Part shown: positions 16,179-23,697 of the stretch, one piece after another
Numbering within the stretch: the first letter of the stretch is position 1
Layout of the letters: each line of letters begins with the position of its first letter
Assembly (NCBI GenBank): GCA_004284765.1
Contig: NQJD01000001.1
Span: forward strand, 30,001 to 62,000
Source: Candidatus Electronema aureum
Lineage (GTDB): Bacteria; Desulfobacterota; Desulfobulbia; Desulfobulbales; Desulfobulbaceae
DNA length: 32,000 bases
Reading direction: 5' to 3'
The notes under the pieces: generated by a model
What the model was told of the DNA's origin: nothing
What the model saw: the letters and a program-made list of their open reading frames with translations, nothing else
The model's database searches: none
Translations under genes and position numbers: made by a program

Positions 16179-16556
16179 TCACCGCACTTCTTCCCATTTT
16201 GCATCTTTTTTCCAATCCTGATCATCTTTTTGCAAGAGACGGAATTCACAACCTGTAACCTGCTCACCGTTGAGCGTGACCACCACCATTTCTTGGCTGA
16301 CCGGATTCACCCATTTGCCAACCAAAGGCAGGCTGCCCAGCTGTCCTTTACGAGCCTCAGAATACAGATACTCTTCTACACCCAGCCCAACCGTGCGGCG
16401 ACCGTCTGGCTCGCCGAGATACTGTAGCACGTCTTTGCGGGTTGATTCACCCACCTTGATCAGGGCCGCGTCTGAGGCTAAATGCCGGACCGGTTTGAAG
16501 GAACAACCGCTCGCCAGAACAAGGAAAGCAAACATTATGATGATCATCTGCCGCAT
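16179..16556 (-). CDS. BamE/SmpA/OmlA-like outer-membrane lipoprotein
   Basis: Lipoprotein leader MRQMIIIMFAFLVLASGC. SmpA_OmlA-like motif IKVGESTRKDVLQYLGEPD. Confidence 0.6.
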   Translation of the reverse strand: MRQMIIIMFAFLVLASGCSFKPVRHLASDAALIKVGESTRKDVLQYLGEPDGRRTVGLGVEEYLYSEARKGQLGSLPLVGKWVNPVSQEMVVVTLNGEQVTGCEFRLLQKDDQDWKKDAKWEEVR

Positions 16557-16614
16557 GACAGGAACCTCCGCTCAGGTTTCGGTTAAAAAAGAAAAAAGAC
16601 CGCCGTTGGTCATC

Positions 16615-16962
16615 TTACACCGTCCACCGCTGATCTTCAATCCGAACTGCGCTTTTTAGCTCAATGTTATAGATGAAGATGACTGCGATCAGGTTCAAGC
16701 GCAGGCCGAACCTTTTTTTCCTGTTTCGATACCGCTTGTACAAAATGCGATTGAGTTTGAGAAAGATAGGCTCAACTGACAGATGCAGTTTGGTTTTCTT
16801 AAACAGTATTCGACTGTTGGGATGTATTTAGCCACAACCACGCCGCTATTAAGCGGCATCAGCGAGCAGTTGAGGGTGAGTTGTTCTGCCTCTGCTATGT
16901 GTTGTCCTACTGTCGATTTTGTATGTCGGACAATTCAAAAGATTGAGAATATGCTGATCAAG
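16615..16962 (-). pseudogene. decayed DDE transposase remnant (IS5/IS1182-like C-terminal motifs)
   Basis: One minus-strand frame reads ...HPQLLADAA** then, after stops, ...LSVEPIFLKLNRILYKRYRNRKKRFGLRLNLIAVIFIYNI...*. LLADAA resembles the ADxGY block around the second catalytic Asp. VEPxFxxLK plus the hydrophobic ...NL tail resembles the catalytic-Glu block. The frame is interrupted by stops and much too short. Confidence 0.3.
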
Positions 16963-17100
16963 TCAGCAGCATAGAATTTGAAATTGTCCTCGTCGATGTG
17001 ACCGAGCAACCAGTTAAACTCCCTCAAAAAAACAGCGGCAGTATTACAGCGGCAAGAAGAAGTGTCACACGCAGAAAGCGCAGATGCTTGCTGCGGAGTT

Positions 17101-17140
17101 AAAACGAAAAAAGGGTCTGAAGCAATTGCTTCAGACCCTT
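17101..17140 (-). terminator. intrinsic terminator downstream of tRNA-fMet
   Basis: Perfect 13-bp stem aagggtctgaagc-aatt-gcttcagaccctt (17111-17140), followed on the minus strand by TTTTCGTTTT. Confidence 0.7.
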
Positions 17141-17150
17141 GTATTTCTTT

Positions 17151-17227
<77 letters not shown>

Positions 17228-17240
17228 ACACGTGTCGAGC

Positions 17241-17269
17241 AATATACACCCGTCCGGTTTGGCTGTCAA
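17241..17269 (-). promoter_or_regulatory. near-consensus sigma70 promoter for tRNA-fMet (TTGACA-N17-TATATT)
   Basis: On the minus strand, TTGACA is at 17269-17264, followed by a 17-nt spacer and TATATT at 17246-17241. The tRNA 5' end is 13 nt downstream. Confidence 0.55.
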
Positions 17270-17301
17270 CAGCAAAGCTGACGATTCCCCCAGAAACTTT
17301 C

Positions 17302-17748
17302 TCAGAGTGGGCGGATCGTACTGATCTGTGTCAATATTTTCTCCGAGAAGGAGGTCAACTTACCTTGACGGTCGATGCAAGCGTGCTTGGTGAAACCTTT
17401 GACCAGTAGCAGTTCTCGCCCCTTTTCCATGATGCGATAAATTCGATAATGAAAGCGGATTGTTAATCGCGTCACCTCAGCAAGTGAAGTGGCAATACTG
17501 ATCAAATCATCGTAGCGGCCTGAAGCCTTGTAGCGAAGGTAGCATTCCGTCACTGGCAGAATGATGCCTTCCTTCTCCATCTCGCTGTAAGGCAGCCCGT
17601 GACTGCGCATCATCTCTGTTCGCCCCATCTCCATGAAGCGGAGATAATTGGCATTATACACTAATCCGCCTGCGTCGGTGTCGCCGTAGATGACCCGATA
17701 TTGCATCCGAAAGATCGGCTCGGTCATCTCCATGCGCAGGTCAGCCAT
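17302..17748 (-). CDS. YbgC/4HBT-family acyl-CoA thioesterase
   Basis: YRVIYGDTDAGGLVYNANYLRFMEMGRTEMMR...ILPVTECYLRYKASGRYDDL is a hot-dog fold thioesterase pattern. The start is placed at the ATG at 17748, with GGAG 7 nt upstream and an ATGGCTGA overlap with the upstream gene's stop. The ORF-track start at 17778 is less likely. Confidence 0.75.
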   Translation of the reverse strand: MADLRMEMTEPIFRMQYRVIYGDTDAGGLVYNANYLRFMEMGRTEMMRSHGLPYSEMEKEGIILPVTECYLRYKASGRYDDLISIATSLAEVTRLTIRFHYRIYRIMEKGRELLLVKGFTKHACIDRQGKLTSFSEKILTQISTIRPL

Positions 17749-18976
17749 GCCGCTTCTCCAGCTCGACAAAACGGGCAAAAAAGGCCGCGCCGCTCTCTAA
17801 ACCGAGACCGCTTTCCTCCACTTGCGCTCTGATGTTCTCCTCAGTATAGCTGACCCCGGAAGACGGCTTTATCCCTCTTGAATCATAGAGGAACATCGGC
17901 ACGGGCCAAGCCTCGTGAGTGCGTTTAGCTAATGGAGTATAGTGATCCATCGTCACCACGAGGCGGTAATCCTCGCCGCGCCTGTCCATCTCTGCTGCAA
18001 TCGGGGCAACAATCTTGGCATCAAAGTCCTCAATCGCTTGCACCTTGTCCCGCACCGCGCCCTGGTGCCCGGCCTCATCTGGAGCCTCAACATGCACCAA
18101 GACAAAATCCTGCGTCTTCAGCGCAGTGAGCGCAGCCTCGGCCTTGCCTTGGTAGTTGGTATCTAAATAGCCAGTTGCGCCCTCTACCTTCGGCACCTCC
18201 AGACCGCTGCACACACCCAAGCCTTTGAGCAGGTCAACCGCAGAGATCAGGCTGCCGGTTACGCCGTAGCGCAGACGCAGCGGAGCCATCGCCGGTTTAC
18301 CGCCTTCACCCCAGAGCCAGATGCCGTTAGCAGGCTTCTTGCCCGCCGCAAGCCGCTTCTGGTTCACCGGGTGATCAGCCAGCACCGCAGCAGCCTTGCG
18401 CAGCAGCTCGGACAAGTAATCACTGGCAAGATATTGTCGATACAACGAGGTCACGTCCTTGTCCATCCAGTCGTGCGGCGGCACCGTGCGCAGATGTTCT
18501 GGCACCGCACCGTGGTGGATGAGCAAATGGCGGTAGCTCACGCCCGGATAGAAGTGGAGCTTGTCCGTGCCGCAGGTTGCTTGGAGGGCGGCGATCAGTT
18601 CGGCTGCCTCGGCAGTGCTGATGTGGCCAGCACTGTAGTCGAGCATAGTCATGCGGTCGTTGCCTTCATAGCGCACCGTGACCAAATTGCAGCGGAAGGC
18701 GGCCCCATTCGATGGAACAGCTATGCCCATGCTCGCGGCCTCCAGCGGTGCGCGGCCCGTGTAGCAGTTCTCCGGCTCATAACCAAGCAAGGAAAGATTG
18801 GCCACGTCGCTGCCGGGCGGATAACCACGCGGCACGGTACGCACCAGCAAGGCTTCTCCTGCGGCGCAGAGACGGTCGATGGTAGGCTTATGCGCCGCTT
18901 GCAGCGGGGTTTTGTTGGCGAGTGTCGGCACCGGCGTGTCGCCCATACCGTCGCCGATCAGGAGTATGTATTTCAT
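17741..18976 (-). CDS. cofactor-independent phosphoglycerate mutase family protein (ApgM-type; this family is also annotated as 'proposed homoserine kinase')
   Basis: N-terminus MKYILLIGDGMGD, with the ...VHVEAPDEAGHQG and TMDHYTP metalloenzyme motifs. 411 aa. Confidence 0.8.
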   Translation of the reverse strand: MKYILLIGDGMGDTPVPTLANKTPLQAAHKPTIDRLCAAGEALLVRTVPRGYPPGSDVANLSLLGYEPENCYTGRAPLEAASMGIAVPSNGAAFRCNLVTVRYEGNDRMTMLDYSAGHISTAEAAELIAALQATCGTDKLHFYPGVSYRHLLIHHGAVPEHLRTVPPHDWMDKDVTSLYRQYLASDYLSELLRKAAAVLADHPVNQKRLAAGKKPANGIWLWGEGGKPAMAPLRLRYGVTGSLISAVDLLKGLGVCSGLEVPKVEGATGYLDTNYQGKAEAALTALKTQDFVLVHVEAPDEAGHQGAVRDKVQAIEDFDAKIVAPIAAEMDRRGEDYRLVVTMDHYTPLAKRTHEAWPVPMFLYDSRGIKPSSGVSYTEENIRAQVEESGLGLESGAAFFARFVELEKRHG

Positions 18977-19061
18977 ACAAGTCAGTCCTTGGGAAAAAAG
19001 GTATTCTCATCCCTTTGCTTTTACTATTTTAAACCTAAAGATGCAACATCTTAAAGAAGAT

Positions 19062-19140
19062 GTCTCGATCCATTGGGCGCATCCTGTAGAATAGCGGTAT
19101 CTAAGCCCTATTCATAAGAAGTGCACCAACGGATCGAGAC
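19062..19140. repeat. 15-bp inverted repeat (1 mismatch) flanking a 49-bp spacer in the apgM-like 5' region
   Basis: gtctcgatccattgg (19062-19076) against ccaacggatcgagac (19126-19140). Confidence 0.5.
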
Positions 19141-19282
19141 GATTTTATTATCGCTGTTTTTCTGCTTGGTTGCGAGCAATACGGTGTCATTAAACAACAA
19201 TACCGGCTGCGGCGGGGTAGTTTTGCGCCTGCCTTAACAGATGAAGAAGATCACTATATAAATCTACAGAGAGTATTTCAAA

Positions 19283-19398
19283 TAGGAGTTACGCAGTTGA
19301 AATTAGAAGTTCAATTATTACAGCAACTTGTTCTTTTACTGCACAGATCTCCAGTTGAATAAAATCAACGGGTTGCAAAACCAACTGCGTAACTCCTA
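19283..19398. mobile_element. 116-bp element with perfect 17-bp terminal inverted repeats (MITE-like; alternatively a large regulatory stem)
   Basis: taggagttacgcagttg (19283-19299) and caactgcgtaactccta (19382-19398). This can also be read as 15-bp TIRs flanked by TA/TA. The interior is AT-rich and contains reiterated CAGTTGAA/CAACTG motifs and a small hairpin, gttga-ataaaa-tcaac. Confidence 0.4.
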
Positions 19399-19662
19399 AG
19401 AAAAATTAAAAAATATGAGCCAGTTATTTATATAAGATAGAGAAAGCGCATCGAATCGGCATTCAGCGTGATCACGCAAAGATTTTCAGCGCATATGCAT
19501 GCCGTTACTCATCAAGGCTTTGAACTGAACGTATTGATGTTCATATTGACTTACTTGCCGTAGGATCGGTGCCTAAATTGTACATAAATTGCCGCAGGCA
19601 ACGGGAACCCGCGCTGTTCTTTCTGTTCTGAAATTACGTTGCGGTGCCGCAGCTCTTTTTCG

Positions 19663-19691
19663 TTGACAAATACAGGTGATGCGTTTAAGTT
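19663..19691 (+). promoter_or_regulatory. weak candidate sigma70 promoter upstream of dsrA (TTGACA-N17-TAAGTT)
   Basis: ttgaca at 19663-19668, a 17-nt spacer, taagtt at 19686-19691. The -10 element is poor. Confidence 0.25.
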
Positions 19692-19708
19692 CTCTTACTG
19701 AGAAATAG

Positions 19709-19739
19709 CAGTCGCGCAGGCGACGCGCGTCGTTTTTTT
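19709..19739 (+). terminator. terminator-like GC-rich hairpin plus U7 tract, 85 nt upstream of the dsrA start (leader attenuator or 3' end of a small RNA)
   Basis: cagtcgcgcaggcgacgcgcgtcg can pair cgcgc (19713-17) with gcgcg (19725-29), plus flanking pairs. It is followed by ttttttt at 19733-19739, in plus-strand orientation. Confidence 0.4.
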
Positions 19740-19823
19740 GCAGGCAGCGTGAGCCTGTTCAATTTATAGCAGTTACGGTTTTGGTTTTATTCAATCTAAC
19801 CCCATGAGCAGGAGGAACACCCG

Positions 19824-21104
19824 ATGGCAAAGCATGATACGCCTTTGTTGGACGAACTGGAAAAAGGCCCGTGGCCGAGTTTCGTCACCGACATGAAGCG
19901 CCAGGCAGAAACCCACCCGGAGTGCTGGGACATACTCGGTCAGCTGGAGCTTTCCTATAAAGATAAAATTACCCATTGGAAACACGGCGGCATTGTTGGT
20001 GTTTTCGGTTACGGCGGCGGTATCGTTGGGCGTTATTCGGATGTACCGCATCGCTTTCCCGGTGTTGAGCATTTCCACACCGTCCGCATTGCCCAGCCTT
20101 CTGGTTTATATTATTCGACCAAGAACCTGCGCGGTCTGATGGATCTGTGGGACAAGTATGGTTCTGGCATGACCAACATGCACGGTTCTACCGGTGACAT
20201 GATTTTCCTCGGTACCCGTACTGAAAATCTGGAGCCGTTGTTCTGGGATCTGACCCATAATCTGGAGCAAGACCTTGGTGGTTCCGGTTCTAACCTGCGT
20301 ACTCCGTCGTGCTGCTTGGGCGAGTCACGCTGCGAGTGGGCTTGCTACGACACCCAAGATGTTTGTCATCATCTGACCATGCACTATCAGGACGAGATTC
20401 ACCGTCCTGCGTTCCCGTATAAGTTTAAGTTCAAATTCTCCGGCTGCCCGAATGACTGCGTGGCTTCTATTGCCCGTTCTGACTTTGCTCTGATCGGCAC
20501 GTGGAAGGATGATATTCGCATCAACCAAGCTGCGGTTAAAGAGTACATCGCTGGCAATTATCCGTCTAACGCAGGCGCACACGCAGGACGCGACTGGGGC
20601 AAATTCGACATCAAGAAGGAAGTCATTGACCTCTGTCCGACCGGTTGCATGTGGATGGAAGGTGGCGAGCTGAAGATTGACAACGCCGAATGCACCCGTT
20701 GTATGCACTGCATCAACGTTATGCCCCGCGCTCTGAAGCCTGGCAAAGAGAAAGGCGCAACCATCTGCATCGGTGCTAAGGCTCCGATTCTGGATGGTGC
20801 CCAGTTCGCCACCATGGTTATTCCCTTCATCGAAGTCTCCAAGGAAAACGAGTACGAAAACGTTATTGACGTGATCGAGCAGGTTTGGGACTGGTGGATG
20901 GAAGTGGGCAAGAACCGCGAGCGCGTCGGTGAGACCATGCAGCGTATTGGTCTGCCGAACTTCCTGCGCGTGATGGAAATTGAGGCAACTCCCCAGCATG
21001 TCCGTGAACCCCGCTCTAACCCCTACGTCTTCTGGCGTGAAGAGGAAGTAGAAGGTGGCTGGGAGCGCGATGTTGTGGCGTTCCGCAAGAAACATGCCGC
21101 ATAA
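19824..21104 (+). CDS. dsrA: dissimilatory sulfite reductase alpha subunit
   Basis: 426 aa starting [23 protein letters not shown]. Sirohaem and [4Fe-4S] Cys clusters ([22 protein letters not shown]) and a ferredoxin-like insert (CPTGC...CTRCMHC). AGGAGG RBS. Confidence 0.97.
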   Translation: MAKHDTPLLDELEKGPWPSFVTDMKRQAETHPECWDILGQLELSYKDKITHWKHGGIVGVFGYGGGIVGRYSDVPHRFPGVEHFHTVRIAQPSGLYYSTKNLRGLMDLWDKYGSGMTNMHGSTGDMIFLGTRTENLEPLFWDLTHNLEQDLGGSGSNLRTPSCCLGESRCEWACYDTQDVCHHLTMHYQDEIHRPAFPYKFKFKFSGCPNDCVASIARSDFALIGTWKDDIRINQAAVKEYIAGNYPSNAGAHAGRDWGKFDIKKEVIDLCPTGCMWMEGGELKIDNAECTRCMHCINVMPRALKPGKEKGATICIGAKAPILDGAQFATMVIPFIEVSKENEYENVIDVIEQVWDWWMEVGKNRERVGETMQRIGLPNFLRVMEIEATPQHVREPRSNPYVFWREEEVEGGWERDVVAFRKKHAA

Positions 21105-21158
21105 GCGGGCAGTCAAACGATTTTATTTACAATTTGAACACATATAAGGAGACTGCAA

Positions 21159-22301
21159 ATGGGTTACGATCCAACTAATCCCATGGAAGGCCGGATCACC
21201 GACTTGGGGCCGCGTCACTACACCGAGATGCTGCCCCCGGTCATTGCGGCTAATAAAGGCAAGTGGGACTACCATGAGATTATAGCTCCGGGCGTGCTGG
21301 TGCATGTGAGCGAGAGCGGCGACAAGTGCTACACCGTGCGCGTTGGTTCTCCGCGTCTGGTTTCTATTGAGTACATCCGTGAGCTGTGCGATATCGCGGA
21401 CAAGCACTGCAAAGGCTATCTGCGCTTCACCACCCGCAACAACGTGGAGTTCATGACTGACTGCAAGGATGCTTGTGACGCGCTGATTGCTGAACTCAAA
21501 GGCCGCACCACCAAGTTCCCGATTGGTGGTACTGGTGCCAGCATCACCAACATCGTTCATACCCAAGGTTGGGTCCACTGCCACACTCCGGCCACCGATG
21601 CTTCTGGCCCGGTTAAGGCAGTTATGGATGATCTGTTTGAGTATTTTGGCTCAATGGTGCTGCCTGCTCAGGTGCGCATTGCTTTGGCCTGCTGCCTGAA
21701 CATGTGCGGTGCTGTTCATGCTTCTGACATCGCTATCCTCGGTATTCACCGTAAACCGCCGATGATCGACCACTCCCGTATCACGGGCGTGTGCGAGATT
21801 CCGCTGGCCATTTCCGCTTGTCCGCTGGGTGCAGTAAAACCGGCTAAGGCTCAAGTGGACGGTAAAGAAGTAAAGACTGTGCAGGTTAATGCTGAGCGTT
21901 GTATGTTCTGCGGTAACTGCTACACCATGTGTCCGGCCATGCCTTTAGCTGACCCGGATGGTGACGGTATCGCTATTCTGGTGGGCGGCAAGGTATCGAA
22001 CTCCAAGTCTGCTCCAAAGTTCTCTAAGTTAGTTGTTCCTTTCCTGCCTAATACCCCGCCGCGTTGGCCAGAGACCGTTTCTGTCATCCGCAAGATCGTC
22101 GAGGTTTACTCTAAGGATGCACGTAAGTACGAGCGCATCGGCGAGTGGGCAGAGCGGATTGGCTGGGAGAAGTTCTTTGAGAAGTGCGACATTCCGTTCA
22201 CGGATAAGTCCATTGACGATTACCGTCTGGCTTATGATACGTGGCGGACAACCACTCAGTTCAAGTACACCAAGGCTACAGACGCTTACACCAAAAAGTA
22301 A
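21159..22301 (+). CDS. dsrB: dissimilatory sulfite reductase beta subunit
   Basis: 380 aa. [13 protein letters not shown]..., [28 protein letters not shown] and [21 protein letters not shown]. Located directly after dsrA. Confidence 0.97.
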   Translation: MGYDPTNPMEGRITDLGPRHYTEMLPPVIAANKGKWDYHEIIAPGVLVHVSESGDKCYTVRVGSPRLVSIEYIRELCDIADKHCKGYLRFTTRNNVEFMTDCKDACDALIAELKGRTTKFPIGGTGASITNIVHTQGWVHCHTPATDASGPVKAVMDDLFEYFGSMVLPAQVRIALACCLNMCGAVHASDIAILGIHRKPPMIDHSRITGVCEIPLAISACPLGAVKPAKAQVDGKEVKTVQVNAERCMFCGNCYTMCPAMPLADPDGDGIAILVGGKVSNSKSAPKFSKLVVPFLPNTPPRWPETVSVIRKIVEVYSKDARKYERIGEWAERIGWEKFFEKCDIPFTDKSIDDYRLAYDTWRTTTQFKYTKATDAYTKK

Positions 22302-22311
22302 GACTCTGCGC

Positions 22312-22340
22312 ACACCCGGCCAGCTGCTTTGGCCGGGTGT
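22312..22340 (+). promoter_or_regulatory. perfect 11-bp stem-loop between dsrB and dsrD
   Basis: acacccggcca-gctgctt-tggccgggtgt, starting 11 nt after the dsrB stop. It is followed by TTCTGATAAAA, not a full U-tract. Confidence 0.5.
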
Positions 22341-22373
22341 TTCTGATAAAACTCTGCCAATAGGAAAACCATC

Positions 22374-22619
22374 ATGGCAATGAGTGTTGAAGAAGTAGAA
22401 GCCGCAATGATCGAAAAAGCGACCAAGTCGCCGAAAGCGCAGCTCTACATCAAGGATTTCTACGAATGCGATTCTGAACGCGGCCCGCGCGATATCAAAA
22501 ATATCGCCAATGGACTGGTCAAAAAAGGACAGATGATGTTCTGGTCTTCCGGTTCCACGACCATGTATGCACTGCCCAGTCGGATCAAGAATGAAGAAGG
22601 TGCAGAAGGGGTAAACTGA
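22374..22619 (+). CDS. dsrD: DsrD (small winged-helix protein of the dsr locus)
   Basis: 81 aa with the characteristic FWSSGSTTMYAL motif and a Lys-rich N-terminal half. Located after dsrB. Confidence 0.9.
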   Translation: MAMSVEEVEAAMIEKATKSPKAQLYIKDFYECDSERGPRDIKNIANGLVKKGQMMFWSSGSTTMYALPSRIKNEEGAEGVN

Positions 22620-22650
22620 GTCGTTTTCAGTACGCCTGATGCAGAAAAAA

Positions 22651-22679
22651 AGCGGGAACCGAAAGGTTTTCGCTTTTTT
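22651..22679 (+). terminator. intrinsic terminator after dsrD, probably bidirectional
   Basis: agcgggaacc-gaaa-ggttttcgct (two G·U pairs), followed by TTTTT and preceded by AAAAAAA. The convergent radical SAM gene ends at 22678. Confidence 0.7.
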
Positions 22680-23694
22680 ATGAACGATTATGCGTGTTGT
22701 TGACCGTATAACGCAGCTGTTTCTTATCTATGACAAGGGAGATACGCTGCCACAAGCCGAGCTGCCGCAGTCGTTCAATATTTGCCGATTTCATTCCCCG
22801 AAATACAGACTGATCTCGGTCATTGATGCTTAAGCGGACAGCCTCTGTTTTGGCCTGTGCCAGTAGCTTTCTTGTTTGCCGCAGCATCAGACGTGAGGCA
22901 ACCAGCTCGCCAAAGGCTGGATGCCACGGTCCAGCCAGCAATGAGGCTTCTAGTTCAACTCCCGCTTGCAGGCCCATCCGCACCACACAGATACCTTCCC
23001 GGTCAAAGTGTTCTTTCATAAAAGCAGCCAACAGCACTGCCTTTGCCAGACTGAGCGGCGTGTAGCGACCCTGCGTGTATAAATCGGCCAACCCGCTATT
23101 TTTCACCACTAAGAGCGGGTAGATGCGGACAAAATCAGGCTGCAGAGAAATCACTTGTTCGACAGTACGACGCAGAGTAGCGCGACTGTCTTTCGGTAGC
23201 CCGATCAGCAGTTGAATGCCGATTTCCAGCCCAACCTGCCGCAGCGCAACAACTGCCTGCTCCGTTGCAGCGGCTGTGTGACCCCGCTTTGCCGCCGTCA
23301 AAACTTCATCGTTCATCGACTGTACGCCCAGCTCGACCGTTGCTACAGAGCGAGCTTGCAAAAACTGTGCCTGCTCTACATCCATGCAGTCAGGCCGGGT
23401 GGAGAGCCGCAAGGATTGCACCAAATTTTGCTCAATAAAAGGTGCAGCAGCGGCCAGCAGTTCCTCTTGCCGCGACCGAGGCAGAGCGGTAAAGCTGCCG
23501 CCGTAAAAGGCCACTTGCGCCCCGCGTTCAGTATTTGATCTCTCTAACCAGTTTTGAATCTCTGCCTGTACAGCTGCCGCTGTGACCGGTTTGCCGATGG
23601 TTTGGCCGCTAATCTGATGCTGATTGCAGAATAGGCAACGATGTGGGCAGCCTTCGTGCGGAATGAAGACGGGAATAATCAGCGGGCCAGACAC
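22678..23694 (-). CDS. radical SAM protein (ELP3/COG1243-like core, no acetyltransferase domain visible)
   Basis: N-terminal IPVFIPHEGCPHRCLFCNQ contains the CxxxCxxC cluster motif. TIM-barrel-like remainder (VELGVQSMNDEVL...). 338 aa. The start lies 3 nt after the upstream protease stop. Confidence 0.8.
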   Translation of the reverse strand: MSGPLIIPVFIPHEGCPHRCLFCNQHQISGQTIGKPVTAAAVQAEIQNWLERSNTERGAQVAFYGGSFTALPRSRQEELLAAAAPFIEQNLVQSLRLSTRPDCMDVEQAQFLQARSVATVELGVQSMNDEVLTAAKRGHTAAATEQAVVALRQVGLEIGIQLLIGLPKDSRATLRRTVEQVISLQPDFVRIYPLLVVKNSGLADLYTQGRYTPLSLAKAVLLAAFMKEHFDREGICVVRMGLQAGVELEASLLAGPWHPAFGELVASRLMLRQTRKLLAQAKTEAVRLSINDRDQSVFRGMKSANIERLRQLGLWQRISLVIDKKQLRYTVNNTHNRS

Positions 23695-23697
23695 TGT

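Noticed and set aside
16783-16974. 63-aa plus-strand ORF in the bamE-like/tRNA-fMet gap
   Set aside because: It has no RBS or motifs. The opposite strand carries the transposase-like remnant, which better explains residual open frames.
18371-19054. 227-aa plus-strand ORF
   Set aside because: It is antisense to the apgM-like gene. Its Arg/His/Ala-rich composition is typical of a G+C-driven shadow frame.
20325-21116. 263-aa minus-strand ORF
   Set aside because: It is entirely antisense to the very well supported dsrA. It has no recognisable motifs and is a shadow ORF.
19824-22619. Apparent absence of other dsr genes (dsrN, dsrC, dsrMKJOP) next to dsrABD
   Set aside because: These genes are frequently encoded elsewhere in the genome. 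Absence from a 32 kb window is not evidence of anything unusual.
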